A stretch of DNA of 63,818 nucleotides, filler included, from Octopus bimaculoides (Eukaryota): the NCBI RefSeq assembly GCF_001194135.2. It is 9 parts of 9 records of this genome, joined end to end, with 100 filler letters (N's around TTAATTAATTAA, not from the genome) between each part and the next. Parts side by side here need not be neighbours in the genome. Positions count along the whole stretch, not along the records: positions 33,692 to 49,500 come from NC_068982.1; positions 49,601 to 55,812 come from NC_068981.1; 7 more parts are not named here. One strand, 5' to 3'. Both the position numbers and the translations under genes were made by a program. How positions within the stretch are numbered: position 1 is the first letter of the stretch; every line of letters starts with the position of its first letter. Below are positions 37,562 to 51,087 of this stretch, piece after piece. A model generated the notes under the pieces. It did no database searches and was not told where the DNA came from. It saw only the letters and a program-made list of their open reading frames with translations.

Positions 37562-38855
37562 TCTGTCGCTAATATGTATATTAATTTGAGTGTTTTAAAG
37601 GTAGAAAAGATGATCTATACAAAGTTCGTCACGTATACACATCCATCAGGTTTACTAGTAACAGCAGTCCGTGTTATTGAAGTTGTTTACAAGGAATATG
37701 TTCACGAGGTACTGCCAGCTGCTGGTGTGTTGGCAACGATTTAACCATTTCAATTACTATGTACAATAGAAGCAGGACTGATGAAGTGGTTAAATCTTGA
37801 TTTCGAGACCGTTGCATGACACTAGTTAATTATGAGAGATTTTGGGTTGACTGAAATGTGTATAGAATGACTTGTGTCATACCGAATCTGTTTGAGAATT
37901 ACACTTTGGATTTATAGATCTGCGTGATTATCAACTACTTTCAACGATAATTCATTGTCACTTCACGTGGTTGAAAAACGGAACACTTACATGACGTCTA
38001 AGACCATCGAGAGTCACAATCGTCCAGATAATCCATCACCATCATCATTAGCTATATATGCTTATCACGGTAAGTTGGCAACCATTACTATTACAGCACG
38101 GTCCGCAAAGCGCACTCCTTCAATGGCCGCAGAAATCTGAAGACTACAGCGGGCCAAATGCTACTAAACAGAGTGGAAATGCTAAATACTGAGCGAATGT
38201 ATGCTAACATGTTTGTTGGCAAAAATATTGAACGATATTTCTAAGATGCATATTTTGATTTGTGCCGTGTGCCGTTGACTGATATAATAAGCTTTTTATT
38301 AGAACTAGGTCTTCGTGAATTTACCTGTGTAAAATTTCGGGCAAATCAACCCCGCTGTTGTCCTTTAAACAAAGAGACCTGCACGCCCATGTTTTAACTG
38401 CGTATATATATATTTGTGCATGAACATTTTTTAGTTATTTATGGTCCCAAATCGCATTAACAGTATACAAACACATCTCCCCACTGTTAATTTCAATCAC
38501 AAAAAACAGGCTTATTGTGAAAATTAAACAAACATAGCTTCATACGTAAACAATTTATAGTTTCACAATGGAAAAAAAAAACAGTGTTGAAGGACATAAA
38601 TTTAACTGACAAAACAAAAGAAAGAAAGAACAATACCAACGCAAAAGAAAATATTATCACTAGCAACAATCTTTCATAATTTATGGGACATAGTGAGTCT
38701 CGACATGCGATACTTCATTGACCACCGTTATTCTCACCAACTGAATAGAATACGCAGAAGAGATATAATAAGACCGAAAAATACTCGATGCTCGCATCAT
38801 TTGCTGTCTCGTTATATTTTCCCACCCCAAATATTTCGATTAGCTGTTCTTATTG

Positions 38856-38925
<70 letters not shown>

Positions 38926-39004
38926 TAAATATGCATACATACATACATGTATATGTATGTATGTATGTATATATATATAAAGTTCAAATTTACGGGAAAA
39001 AAAG

Positions 39005-39190
39005 ATGAAGACAAGTGAAAGAACAACAAGCAAGTGTATTAGTTTGTCGCTCTGAAAGAATGGAAAGTCTCTGACGTTTCGAGCCTACGCTCTTTGACAC
39101 AAAGGGCTTAGAGGAAAAAAATGGAGAGACAACGAAATTAAACAGTGGGGAGAAGAAAATGTGCACGGATATATGCGTAATGGCCAATTC
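39005..39190 (-). mobile_element. Penelope-like terminal fragment with a decayed hammerhead (39069-39104)
   Basis: CTTT-GTGTCAA-A-GAGC GTAG GCTC-GAAAC-GTC-AGAG. Confidence 0.55.
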
Positions 39191-39882
39191 ATATTCTCAA
39201 AATACCGCTAAACTCTATTTACCCTTTAAATATCGCTAATCCCTATTTTATAGGTTATTAGTTGACCAGCTTAACCTCTTATTACCTCCTCTTAACCTTC
39301 CAACGTACCACTTAGCACTACTTAAATTCGACCCACATTATAAACCAAATACTGAATTTTAAACTTATTTTACGTAGTACGCTAGGCCACTCTTTTTTAT
39401 AATTTAATTTCACTTGATAGCTAGACTACTGACTCATTTTACACGCTATAATTTCCCTATCGATCTTAATGTTTTTCTATGTACTCGTCAATCCTTTCTA
39501 TTATTCCTTTACTTAGCCCATTGTACACACTGTATCGTACATACTTTAAATAATATCCTTAGCCTTATACTACGACTTCCATTGAAATTACAGGGACTGA
39601 CTTGGAAGCTACAAATTAGCGTTACGTATGTCCAATGGCAACACCGGATATCCACAATAGCTATAACTCCTTCGGCTTACACCGCCGGTCAACTAGCCAC
39701 CATTAGCACCGAATGTAGGAACCTGCGGACACGTAGAATTATGAAAGTAACTAAATATAAGACTATGGATTTAACGAACTCTCTTCTCTTTTATTCTCCT
39801 ATTGAATTAACGAACATTTTCCCTTTCTTTTCATTCTATTTTTCTTTCTATTTTTTCTTTTATTTTATCTTTGCCATATACT

Positions 39883-39961
39883 TGTTCTGAAGATGTTTAT
39901 CAATTGTAACGAGGTAAATGCAAATTTGCCCCATTTTGATAAACAGAAACAGCTGTAAACA
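39883..39961 (+). ncRNA. Type I hammerhead ribozyme motif at the end of a probable Penelope pseudo-LTR (about 39190-39961)
   Basis: TGTT-CTGAAGA-TGTTTATCAA...TTGATAAACA-GAAAC-AGCT-GTA-AACA. Stem II is a perfect 10 bp and ACAGCTGT is palindromic. Confidence 0.75.
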
Positions 39962-40074
39962 TACTCCTATTTTTAATTAAATAATGACTTTAAAAGCACT
40001 TATGATCCACTTCTCATTGTTAATTATTACTCCATTTCTTATCGTTTCTATATATACGTATATATTTAGATATA

Positions 40075-40226
40075 GGCGCAGGCGTGGCTTTGTGGTAAGA
40101 AGCTTGCTTTCCAACCACATAGTTCCGGGTTCAGTCCCACCTTGAATAAGTGCCATCTACTATAGCCTCGAACCGACCAAAGCCTTGTGAGTGGATTTGG
40201 TGGACGGGAACCTAAAGAAGCCCGTC

Positions 40227-40262
<36 letters not shown>

Positions 40263-40490
40263 GTATGTTTATCTGTGTGTGTCTTTGTGTCTGTGTTTGT
40301 CCCCCACCATAGCTTGACAACCGTTATTGATGCGTTTACGTCCCCGTAAATTAGCGGTTCGGCAAAAGAGCCGGATAGAATAAGTAATAGACTTACTAAC
40401 AGTAAGTACTGGGGTAGATTTCTTCTACTAAAAGCCTTTAAGGCGAAGCTCTAGCATGACTACAGTCAAATGTCTGCGGAAGTAAAAGAA
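40075..40490 (+). mobile_element. tRNA-derived SINE family B with an internal microsatellite
   Basis: Head GGCGCAGGCGTGGCT..GTGGTAAGAAGC...GGTTCAGTCCCAC. Related pieces lie at about 27040-27260(-), 33945-34100(-), 49095-49265(-) and 62250-62460(+). Confidence 0.85.
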
Positions 40491-41423
40491 TAAAATAATA
40501 AAAGAATATATATCTATATCTAGATATATACATACAAACGCAGACACGCACACACATACACACACATATATATGTACACATTAGTTGTTAATTTTGGATA
40601 TAAAATACCCTATAGAAGATCTTTACTAATTACTTCGATTATCTAAGTTAATCAAAATCTTTAAAATTAATATATTACATGCCTACCACCTTTGCTATCT
40701 TCCAACCCGTTGTAAACATAAATAGATGATTATGTTAATACTCTCAATCAGCCTTTTCATTATTACCTCTTCATTTAAGACGGTGAGCGGCTGCAATCGT
40801 CTGAATGCCGGACATGATGCTTAGCGGTATGTTTTGCACCCTGATTTCAAACCCAGAGGAAGTCAACTTTACCTTCCAACTTTTCGGAATCGATAAACTG
40901 AAGAACCTCCTCGTCAAAACTGCCGACGATGCGCCAACATCTAAAACAATTATTACCTCTTCATTTTTTTACAATTGACACAAATACTCAATTCAATCAT
41001 ACGTTGAATATACGTGTTTTTCGATAAAACTGTATGGCATTTTCTGGTAATGTTTGTAACAGTCACCCTTGAGACAAATAAAGAAAATTATTTCAGTTTT
41101 TCGTAAAATTTAACGCAGATATTTTGTCTTTTTTTATGTAGAATTTTTTTGTAACAATTGCTTTCTTTCTTTCCTTCTTTCTTTCTTTCTTTCTTTCCTT
41201 CTTTCTTTCTTTCCTTCTTTCTTTCTTTCCTTCTTTCTTTTTCATCTACCTTCCTTTCACTCCTCTCTACCATTCTTCTTTTTAATGTTTCTCTCTCCAC
41301 TCATCTCTCTTCCACCTACATATACATACGTATACATGTCGACATTTTCCGTGAGAAATATCTATTTGTAAATGTTATTGCGAGAAAATTAGTTTCAAGT
41401 GTTCACAAAAGCCTTTCACACCC

Positions 41424-41454
<31 letters not shown>

Positions 41455-41857
41455 CATACATACATACATACATACATGCATACATACATACATACATACA
41501 TACATACATACATACATACATACAGACAGACAAACAGACATTTGTAAATGTATATATATGTGTACTATTTNNNNNNNNNNNNNNNNNNNNNNNNNNNNNN
41601 NNNNNNNNNNNNNNNNNNNNNNNNNNNNNNNNNNNNNNNNNNNNNNNNNNNNNNNNNNNNNNNNNNNNNNNNNNNNNNNNNNNNNNNNNNNNNNNNNNNN
41701 NNNNNNNNNNNNNNNNNNNNNNNNNNNNNNNNNNNNNNNNNNNNNNNNNNNNNNNNNNNNNNNNNNNNNNNNNNNNNNNNNNNNNNNNNNNNNNNNNNNN
41801 NNNNNNNNNNNNNNNNNNNNNNNNNNNNNNNNNNNNNNNNNNNNNNNNNNNNNNNNN

Positions 41858-41901
<44 letters not shown>

Positions 41902-42284
41902 TGTGTGTGTGTGCGTGTGTGTGTGTGTGTATGTGCGTCAGCGTGTATGTATATATGCATGAATGCGTGCATATACATACGTACTGGACAAACATACATA
42001 TGTATGCACGAATGTATAAGTATCAATATATATGTACTTATACAGGGTTCTTCTGCGACCTTAGATTATGGTAGAATAAATCAATGAAAAGATACGTTAG
42101 AGAAAGTGTAGCAATTTTAAATATATTTATTCATGATTTTGACAATTTTCATGTTCCTGGTCTTTTACGTATACAAGCGTACATAAACTTGAATTCCGCT
42201 TTACAATTTATGTTCAATCATACCCTGAATCACATTAGTACGAATCCTGCATATGACATTCTTTAGTTGAATATTAAGTGCAAG

Positions 42285-43030
42285 GTGTATTCCATAAGTT
42301 TTCAGACTTTTTTTTAGGTGAGGCAGTTATAACAACCGTAGATTATTGTAATATTAGTATGTCATTACTATACATCTAATAAGCTGACCTGCCAGCTTTT
42401 GTTATTCCAGATAGAAGGAGAGGACTTTGGCAGCACTTGAAACAAACCCTGCTAAACACTGCATGTCAGCTGACTAGTTTGCAGAATGCAGTCCGGACGC
42501 TTGGCAACTTGTTATGCAATAAAGTTTTGTGTTGAACTAGGCAAAAAACGCGACAGAAATAATTTATGGAATGCTCCAGAATGATTATAGATTAACTTTT
42601 TGTACCAGCACAAGAAGGTAAAGTACAGTAGGGAGGAGATGAGAGACGATGAGAGGAAAAGAAATGTCAGAACATCAGAGCTGGTTGAGAAAATTCGTAT
42701 TTTTCCGAATGAAGACTGTAGTGTGTTTATAAAGACATTAAGCATACGGTTTGGATTTGGTGTAGCAACTGTACACAGAAATAGTAAGAAAGATTTGAAC
42801 ATGCGCATCCTAGTAACCAACTACTTGACACCAAAACTATCCCTCACCCTCTCTTCAGTCCACATCTCGCTCCCTGTAACTTTTGGTTGTTCCCCAAACT
42901 GAAAAAGAACCTTAGGGTAGTCTTTCTAGTAAGCATTTCCTTACTGAATCGTTTCCACAAGAAATCCTTGGCTATGTTCGTGGAATCGTCTAAGTTATTT
43001 GAGTGCATTAAATCAGAATAACTTCTCTGG
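42285..43030 (+). mobile_element. Mariner transposase remnant, internally deleted
   Basis: N-terminal HTH-like EEMRDDERK...RTSELVEKIR...TVHR...DLNMR and C-terminal SPHLAPCNFWLFPKLKK (a YSPDLAP motif variant). Confidence 0.75.
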
Positions 43031-44684
43031 TTGAGTGGGTAGAGTGTTCTTAATGTAAACTATGTCCTCACCGAAATCACTTCTATTTAATGCCATGTAG
43101 TAATAGGGTGCTTTCCTAGCAATAATTCCCTGTCCACAGAGTGGAGACTCTCTTATGTATACCGTCCATCAGGTTATAAAATATAATAGGGATCACTAGA
43201 ATTTTTGTGGATGTATATGACTTCTACGTTTGGCTTTCTATAGAAGAAATACTTTTATAACTTTAATGATAGTGTTATATGTAGATGTACATTAAATTGC
43301 TGTTTAAAGCGATGTATAATGGATGTTTATTATGCACATTGAATGATTTCTAAATCTATTTATGGCGAGATCATTCATATTGCATGAAAATACCAAAATG
43401 TCATCTTTGTACAATCATGAGTTATGTAGGAAGGTTTGTTTTCTAAGGATAAACAACCGCATGAGATTTGACATATCATTTCTATTATAATTACCAATAG
43501 AGACTTCGATCAATAGGGCAACCCACTTGGATTCAGTAGGATAAAACGATATAACAGTGACTTTCTAGTGTTCTATAATCTTCTAATGTGAAGATAAATG
43601 ATTGGGATGGACTGTCGCCAAAATTCCAGAGCTTTCCGGAGGAGAGATTTTTGACATAGATGCATGTCCAATATTTAGCTTGTATACATTCAGCTAAGGT
43701 ATCCAGTTTGGTGAAACTATACGTTATACAGTCGTAGACTCATCTAATAAGAGCCATACTGTTATACATCTAGTTTAAAGCTAATGACTTCGAGAATGAG
43801 CTAGCTAGCTAGCTATATCTAGTTCGCCTTTTCAAGGATTTATTCATCTACATTTTAGAATGGAGATGAGGTTAACAGTGTAGACCATAAAGGTGATGTA
43901 AAAGTACATCATGGCGACCACGAGGTCTTCTATTTTTAATAAGGAGAAATCCTTCTGTTCAGTATTTATAATATTGTTTAAGGAAATGCTGTTTTGTAAG
44001 TTGTAACTATGTTTGTCAGGCGCTTAAACTGTGTGGTAATATTTAGCTCTTATAGGGCGGCGTGCTGGCAGAATCATTAGCACGCCTGGCATAATGCTTA
44101 GCGGCTTTTCGTTCGCCTTTACGTTCTAAGTTCAAATTCCTATGGGGTCGATAAAATAAGTAGCAGTTGAGCACTGAGGTCGATAAAATCGACCAAGCCC
44201 CTAACTCGAACTTTCTGACTGTGTGTCCAATTTTGAGTCCGATAGTTAGCTTGTATACATTCATTGTTATTTTGTGTGGATACTCAGAGTGTTTATTCAG
44301 TATTTACTATAGCTATTCAAGGCGGTTTGAAAGAAATTGATAGTGTATTGAAGTCGGATTCGAAGTACTTAAGGCCTTTGTTGTGAGAGAGAGCTACCGT
44401 GTTTCAAACCCGTATTTGTCTGCTGATTTCTTTTTAATTTCTTTTTCTTGTAAGGTCTTCCGAAGAATATACCTAAAGACGCTTGAAAATGTTTTCTGTA
44501 TTTTCGATAAAGCATATGATTTAGAGTTTTATTTATAGCACTGGTTCCCAGGCGAATCAAGTTGAGCTGGTGTGTATAGAGTGAAAGCCTTGAGGCAGGA
44601 ACATAGGAGATGAACATAAGAGGTGAAAGCTATGAGACGGGAATATAAGAGATGCTTCGATGAAGTTTTTAATTTAGTTCACGG
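43030..44684 (-). mobile_element. Decayed Penelope-like element RT, interrupted by SINE A at 44056-44235
   Basis: Minus-strand LYGL, LYKDDILVFS (YxDD) and FYRKPNVEVIYIHKNSSDP (the PLE YRKPT..YIH..S.HP motif), with many stops and frameshifts. Confidence 0.65.
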
Positions 44685-44823
44685 TGGTCCGTGAACTAAA
44701 TTAAAAACTTCATCGAAGCATCTCTTATATTCCCGTCTCATAGCTTTCACCTCTTATGTTCATCTCCTATGTTCCTGCCTCAAGGCTTTCACTCTATACA
44801 CACCAGCTCAACTTGATTTGCCT
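44550..44823. repeat. Palindrome with 135-bp arms and a 4-nt loop
   Basis: 44550-44684 pairs with 44689-44823. One mismatch was found (44554/44819). Confidence 0.95.
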
Positions 44824-46638
44824 TTATTGGTCGAAAGACACCTGTTGCTATTTTCTTGTTGTTTGTATTTGTAATTATGTAACATTTTCTCTGTTTTTTT
44901 CTTTGTTGTACACATTCGCTTGCTTTCTCACAAAAAATCTAATGTTCTTAGCTTAGATTCTGGGGGCCAGCAAGATTTGAAGAGTCTAAAGTGTAACCGG
45001 CCGAAACTGTAATGATGACCTGGAAACTTGACTGATGAGAGAAGGGTGCGAATGACCCGTCCTTGCTTTTTCCTGTCCGTCTTTGTATCGTCTGTGTGTC
45101 AGGATGTTTTATTGTCGTTTGTTGCATTCTTGTTCCCCTTTTTGTATATATATATATATNNNNNNNNNNNNNNNNNNNNNNNNNNNNNNNNNNNNNNNNN
45201 NNNNNNNNNNNNNNNNNNNNNNNNNNNNNNNNNNNNNNNNNNNNNNNNNNNNNNNNNNNNNNNNNNNNNNNNNNNNNNNNNNNNNNNNNNNNNNNNNNNN
45301 NNNNNNNNNNNNNNNNNNNNNNNNNNNNNNNNNNNNNNNNNNNNNNNNNNNNNNNNNNNNNNNNNNNNNNNNNNNNNNNNNNNNNNNNNNNNNNNNNNNN
45401 NNNNNNNNNNNNNNNNNNNNNNNNNNNNNNNNNNNNNNNNNNNNNNNNNNNNNNNNNNNNNNNNNNNNNNNNNNNNNNNNNNNNNNNNNNNNNNNNNNNN
45501 NNNNNNNNNNNNNNNNNNNNNNNNNNNNNNNNNNNNNNNNNNNNNNNNNNNNNNNNNNNNNNNNNNNNNNNNNNNNNNNNNNNNNNNNNNNNNNNNNNNN
45601 NNNNNNNNNNNNNNNNNNNNNNNNNNNNNNNNNNNAACTCGTAGAATTCTTAATTTGATATATTCATACATAATTTCCTCGGTACTCCGGAATCCGTCCA
45701 TACCTTGCCACAATTCAGTGTACGAGGCTCCGGCAGGGGACGGTGGCGAACCCTACTGTACTCTTTCACCACAACTTTCTCTCATTCTTACTTCCTGTTT
45801 CTGTTGTGCCTGTAATTCAAAGGGTCGGCCTTGTCACACTGTGTCAAGCTGAATATCCCCGAGAACTACGTTAAGGGTACACGTGTCTGTGGAGTGCTCA
45901 GCCACTTGCACGTTAATTTCACGAGCAGGCTGTTCCGTTGATCGGATCAACTGGAACCCTCGACGTTGTAAGCGACGGAATGCCAACAAGAAAACAATAT
46001 ATATATATATATAAGGATAAGCATATTAAAAGAGATCCGTGGGAAAACTCATTTAAATAAAAGAGTTGGGAACCACTGATTTATAGCATTTGCATATTTT
46101 TCAAGGAATAGAGAAGGATAATCGAGAATAACTGATTATCCTCGGTTTGTACATCTAACTGAACAAGATTCAAGCAAATTTATGCTTCTATGCATATATG
46201 AAAGCAAAGAGCATTCAATGCATTGTACAGGATTTATATTTTTAAGTTAAAAGTTGATGTATTCCATTTTCACACGAAGTTTCACACAAACAATAATGAT
46301 GGAACATTGTCGATAGAGTCTTCCTATATTCAAATGGAGACTTTAACTTACGCGATTTGATATTTCATGTTCTGAAGTAACCAAGTATTCTAGGTCACTC
46401 GAAATAAATTCAGATGTTAATCAGATGTTATGGATTATTTCAAATAATCATTTTTATTGATAATTATAAAAGAAAGTAAACTGTGGTACCGCCCTTACAC
46501 AAAAATAACCTAAGCATTTTCTGGTCAGCAAAAGTTTTAACCATATAACCCGCCTCAAATATTAGGGATTAACTTTATTCTGTGAACGTATGTCGCGCCG
46601 TCATTCACGAAATTACATATGTATTTATATATATATAT

Positions 46639-46671
<33 letters not shown>

Positions 46672-47322
46672 NNNNNNNNNNNNNNNNNNNNNNNNNNNNN
46701 NNNNNNNNNNNNNNNNNNNNNNNNNNNNNNNNNNNNNNNNNNNNNNNNNNNNNNNNNNNNNNNNNNNNNNNNNNNNNNNNNNNNNNNNNNNNNNNNNNNN
46801 NNNNNNNNNNNNNNNNNNNNNNNNNNNNNNNNNNNNNNNNNNNNNNNNNNNNNNNNNNNNNNNNNNNNNNNNNNNNNNNNNNNNNNNNNNNNNNNNNNNN
46901 NNNNNNNNNNNNNNNNNNNNNNNNNNNNNNNNNNNNNNNNNNNNNNNNNNNNNNNNNNNNNNNNNNNNNNNNNNNNNNNNNNNNNNNNNNNNNNNNNNNN
47001 NNNNNNNNNNNNNNNNNNNNNNNNNNNNNNNNNNNNNNNNNNNNNNNNNNNNNNNNNNNNNNNNNNNNNNNNNNNNNNNNNNNNNNNNNNNNNNNNNNNN
47101 NNNNNNNNNNNNNNNNNNNNNNNNNNNNNNNNNNNNNNNNNNNNNNNNNNNNNNNNNNNNNNNNNNNNNNNNNNNNNNNNNNNNNNNNNNNNNNNNNNNN
47201 NNNNNNNNNNNNNNNNNNNNNNNNNNNNNNNNNNNNNNNNNNNNNNNNNNNNNNNNNNNNNNNNNNNNNNNNNNNNNNNNNNNNNNNNNNNNNNNNNNNN
47301 NNNNNNNNNNNNNNNNNNNNNN

Positions 47323-47379
<57 letters not shown>

Positions 47380-48254
47380 TACATATATACATATATATAT
47401 ACATATATATGTCTGTATATACACATATATACACAACACACACAGACACATACTCACACATAAATATATTTATATTTATATATACGCAAACAGTTGAACA
47501 AATGAAAGAAAAGAGCTTTCAACACATGTCGTGATGTTTAAATATTTGTATTAACAGCTTGAGTCAGTATTGCTTTAGAAAGCAATTCTATGTGAAGTAG
47601 CCATAAGCCTTATTGCAATGGAAAACAATATTCGATCATTAAAGTAGACAAAATCTTATGCATTTTAATTTATTTTCTGGTTAACGCTGAGTTCTGAAAA
47701 ACCAGAACAGTAATTTTCGTCCAGATCCGTGTCGCATGCTTTGTGTAAGGAAATGGCAATCTAGCTTTAAGACGACTTTGGTTTGAATGGCAGATCAGAA
47801 TACTTTAGTTTGTGCGTGCATTCTACGTATTGTTTGCTCCTAACATTTTAGATCTGAACGGATATTTTACTGCAATTTTGTGAGTTCGTAACACGTAGCG
47901 GTCACAACTGTTTTATCTCTTACTTTTGAAGATTGAAACATTCTTACTGCTTCCATTGTATTTTATCTGTTACTTTTTCACACACACATATTTTTTCACA
48001 ATATGATATTTTCAAACATATTGAATTTCTTTCTACAAATCTTTTTCATACTTCTATTATTTTAATGCCTTTACCACACTCGAATAAAAGAGTTACTTTC
48101 GTTATTTGAACAATGAACAATAGTTATACCTTGGCAACCACAATATTCCTTTGTTATTTGCATTCACTTGGTATGCTGTTCAACATTTTTCCTGAAATAC
48201 TAAATTTCAAAATTCCGTTATTTACAACAGAAACAGTATTAGGTTAAAATATTT

Positions 48255-48557
48255 ATCTGTGTATCATACTTAATGTAGACAGATCGCTAAAAGCAACTAT
48301 TTTCTACGTACTCCTTTTTCTACATAAGTGTCAACGTATTTCATCTTAGCATACAGTTGAATGTGAATAAATGCTACTGACCATGTCCACCAAGGTAGAA
48401 ATGCATTTCTAGCATTTTCACTAGCATTCTCATCACCGGTAGGGCGATTTTCGTCTGCTTCAGATGAATATTGTAACTTTAAATACAGCCCGTACATAAT
48501 AATATCGCAATAAATTTGCTTTTAGCAATATATCTACATTAAGTATGATACACAGAT
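48255..48557. repeat. 42-bp inverted repeats enclosing 219 bp (MITE-like)
   Basis: ATCTGTGTATCATACTTAATGTAGAcAgATcGCTAAAAGCAA against its reverse complement at 48516-48557, with 3 mismatches. Confidence 0.8.
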
Positions 48558-49263
48558 GGACTAAATTTAGTTTCATTTTTCCTAATCGACTGAAGTTATA
48601 GCTTTAAATTTTTTAAGCTAGAGCATTGAAAAATTATGTTTATAACTTTTCCAACACCATCTATGGTAAATATGGAAGAAAATCGCTTCAACCGAAGAGA
48701 AAACGCTTTTCACAGTTTCGGGTTGCCTATAGATTCGCTCTTATTGGATATTATCAATTACTTCTTTCGAGTGATGCCTACTATTAAACGTCATTTTTCT
48801 CTTCAAATAAGGTTTCCATCTTACCTCATAACGTTTGCATTGCGATATCTGTTTGTATTTAATTTTCACGAACTTATCGGCATATGTAACGAACCAACTA
48901 GCTGAATAATTATAAGAAACTAGTTAATAGTCTATTGTTTTGTAAATTTCGTTGTCTCGTCTTAATAAATTCTGTTACGCTATTAATTATTTTGTCATAC
49001 ATAAGTTGTAAGAAATAAAATCTGTCTAGGTTCCTTCATTTAAAAACCGTGTATCAGAACTTACATCTTATTTGAAATACAAGGATAATCTGTTATATTC
49101 TTTTATTCTTTTACTTGTTTCAGTCATTTGACTGCGGCCATGCTGGAGCACTGCCTTAAAGGATGTTAGTCGAAGAAATCGACTCCAGAGCTTCTTCTTT
49201 GTAAGCTTAGCCCGCTAAGTTACGAGGACATAAACACATCAGCATCGGTTGTCAAATGATAGC

Positions 49264-49296
<33 letters not shown>

Positions 49297-49300
<4 letters not shown>

Positions 49301-49500
49301 CGTTAGCACGCCGGGCGAAATGCTTAGCGGTATTTCGTCTGCCGCTACATTCTGAGTTCAAATTTCGCCGAGGTCGACTTTGCCTTTCATCCTTTCGGGG
49401 TCGAGTAAATAAGTACCAGTTACGCACTGGGGTCGGTATAATCGACTTAATCCGTTTGTCTGTCCTTGTTTGTCCCCTCTGTGTGTAGCACCTTGTGGGT
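49297..49500 (+). mobile_element. SINE family A, near-consensus copy running into a gap
   Basis: CpG-intact family A sequence. Confidence 0.9.
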
Positions 49501-50248
49501 NNNNNNNNNNNNNNNNNNNNNNNNNNNNNNNNNNNNNNNNNNNNTTAATTAATTAANNNNNNNNNNNNNNNNNNNNNNNNNNNNNNNNNNNNNNNNNNNN
49601 ATAAGTAGCATGAATTTAGGAAGCCTTTGTACAAGGAAAGATGGCTAAGCTTAGAAAATGAATAAGTATGAATTTAAGACAAAAAACTGAATTCAATTGA
49701 ATTTCATGGAGAGAAACAAGATAAATAATAGAGGACAGACTAAAGCGCAAAAAGGTATGAGAAAAATGTTGAGGCCGTAAATAAATAAAAATCTCTATCT
49801 TATCTGCAGCATAATCTTGGAGACTTCGTCGTAGTATGTCAGCGGAGAAGAGATTGAGATAATTTAGAAGGGATTTCTTATTTATATACCCGGAACCTGA
49901 AACCTTAAGGAAACTATGATAGAGAGAGAGAGAGAGGGACTGATTTAGAGAGAGAGAAATAGACGGAGGCATGGCGAGAGAAAGATATATATATATAAAG
50001 AGAGAGAGGGGGGGGACCAGTCAAGCAGCAAGAAAAGAGTACATAAGTCATTCTCTGGAAAAGTGAAAGTATGATTGTCCAGTTGTTGACTATGTGCTTG
50101 CATTAGCTTAGATTTTAACATAAAGCAATCTTCAAAGAGGGAAAGAGAGAGATCATGTTCAGTTTAAACTGAATGATGTGATAGTCCAGTGGCTGACCAC
50201 ATTCTCTTTCTAACTTGAGCTTTTAACACAAAGCGATACTATATATAT

Positions 50249-50850
50249 ATACAGGGTGCATAAGGTATTGAGAACATACCTTTTTCAGGTCATTGCTGCA
50301 TTCTTTGCTAACTCTGTATAATCTTTGTCTCAGAAAATAATAATGGCAGACCCTCAGCTTACTCAAGAAATGAAGTGGCATGCTGTTATTGTGGTTATAA
50401 AGGCTGAGGTTAGTGATTTAGAAATATCTCAATTTTTAAAAGTTGCCAGCTCTTTCATCTACAAAGTTTGTAAGGTGCTAGATACTGAAGATGGAAATGT
50501 ATCACCAGTATCAAAGCATAAACACTCTGAAACCATCAAAACACCTGAATTTATCCAGCAAGTTCAACAGACCAGAAAGTCCATGAGGTCAATTGCAAAA
50601 AATTTCCATGTGTCAGAAGGAACAATCAGAAATGTTGTCCACGTAGACAATCAGTTCTATATGACGAGGAAAGGTCAATTAGTCAGAAAAAGCAAAAGAA
50701 AATCGCTACATCAGATCTAAAAGGCTCTTAAACAAACTGAAAAATCCAGTAGAACTTTGACTAAGATCAAAAAGTTAATAGAAGAAATGACAGATGGCTA
50801 TGTGCAGACTCTTCTGAAGTTCCAAGGGTTATGCATACCAAATTTCCATG
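50249..50850 (+). mobile_element. Tc1/mariner (DD37D/maT-like) transposase N-terminal fragment
   Basis: TA-CAGGGTG start. ORF 50325-50720 has a paired-HTH-like region, EISQFLKVASSFIYKV...RKSMRSIAKNFHVSEGTIRNVVH. Confidence 0.75.
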
Positions 50851-51026
50851 CTAGCATGGGTTGGACGATTTGACTGAGGACTGGTGAAACCGGATGGCAA
50901 CACCAGCCTCCAATCTGATCTGGCAGAGTTTCTACAGCTGGATGCCCTTCCTAACGCCAACCACTCAGAGAGTGTAGTGGGTGCTTTTACGTGTCACCCG
51001 CATGAAAGCCAGTCAGGCGGTACTGG

Positions 51027-51030
<4 letters not shown>
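50848..51030 (+). mobile_element. Short interspersed repeat, probably a LINE-tail-derived SINE; second copy at about 55345-55500
   Basis: Both copies share GCATGGGTT.GACG, TCTGATCTGGC, AACGCCAACCACTC and GGGTGC.TT.A.GTGTCAC. Confidence 0.65.

Positions 51031-51087
<57 letters not shown>

Noticed and set aside
37779-37828. Additional hammerhead (CTGATGA...GAGAC)
   Set aside because: GAAA is mutated and there is no convincing stem I or stem II.
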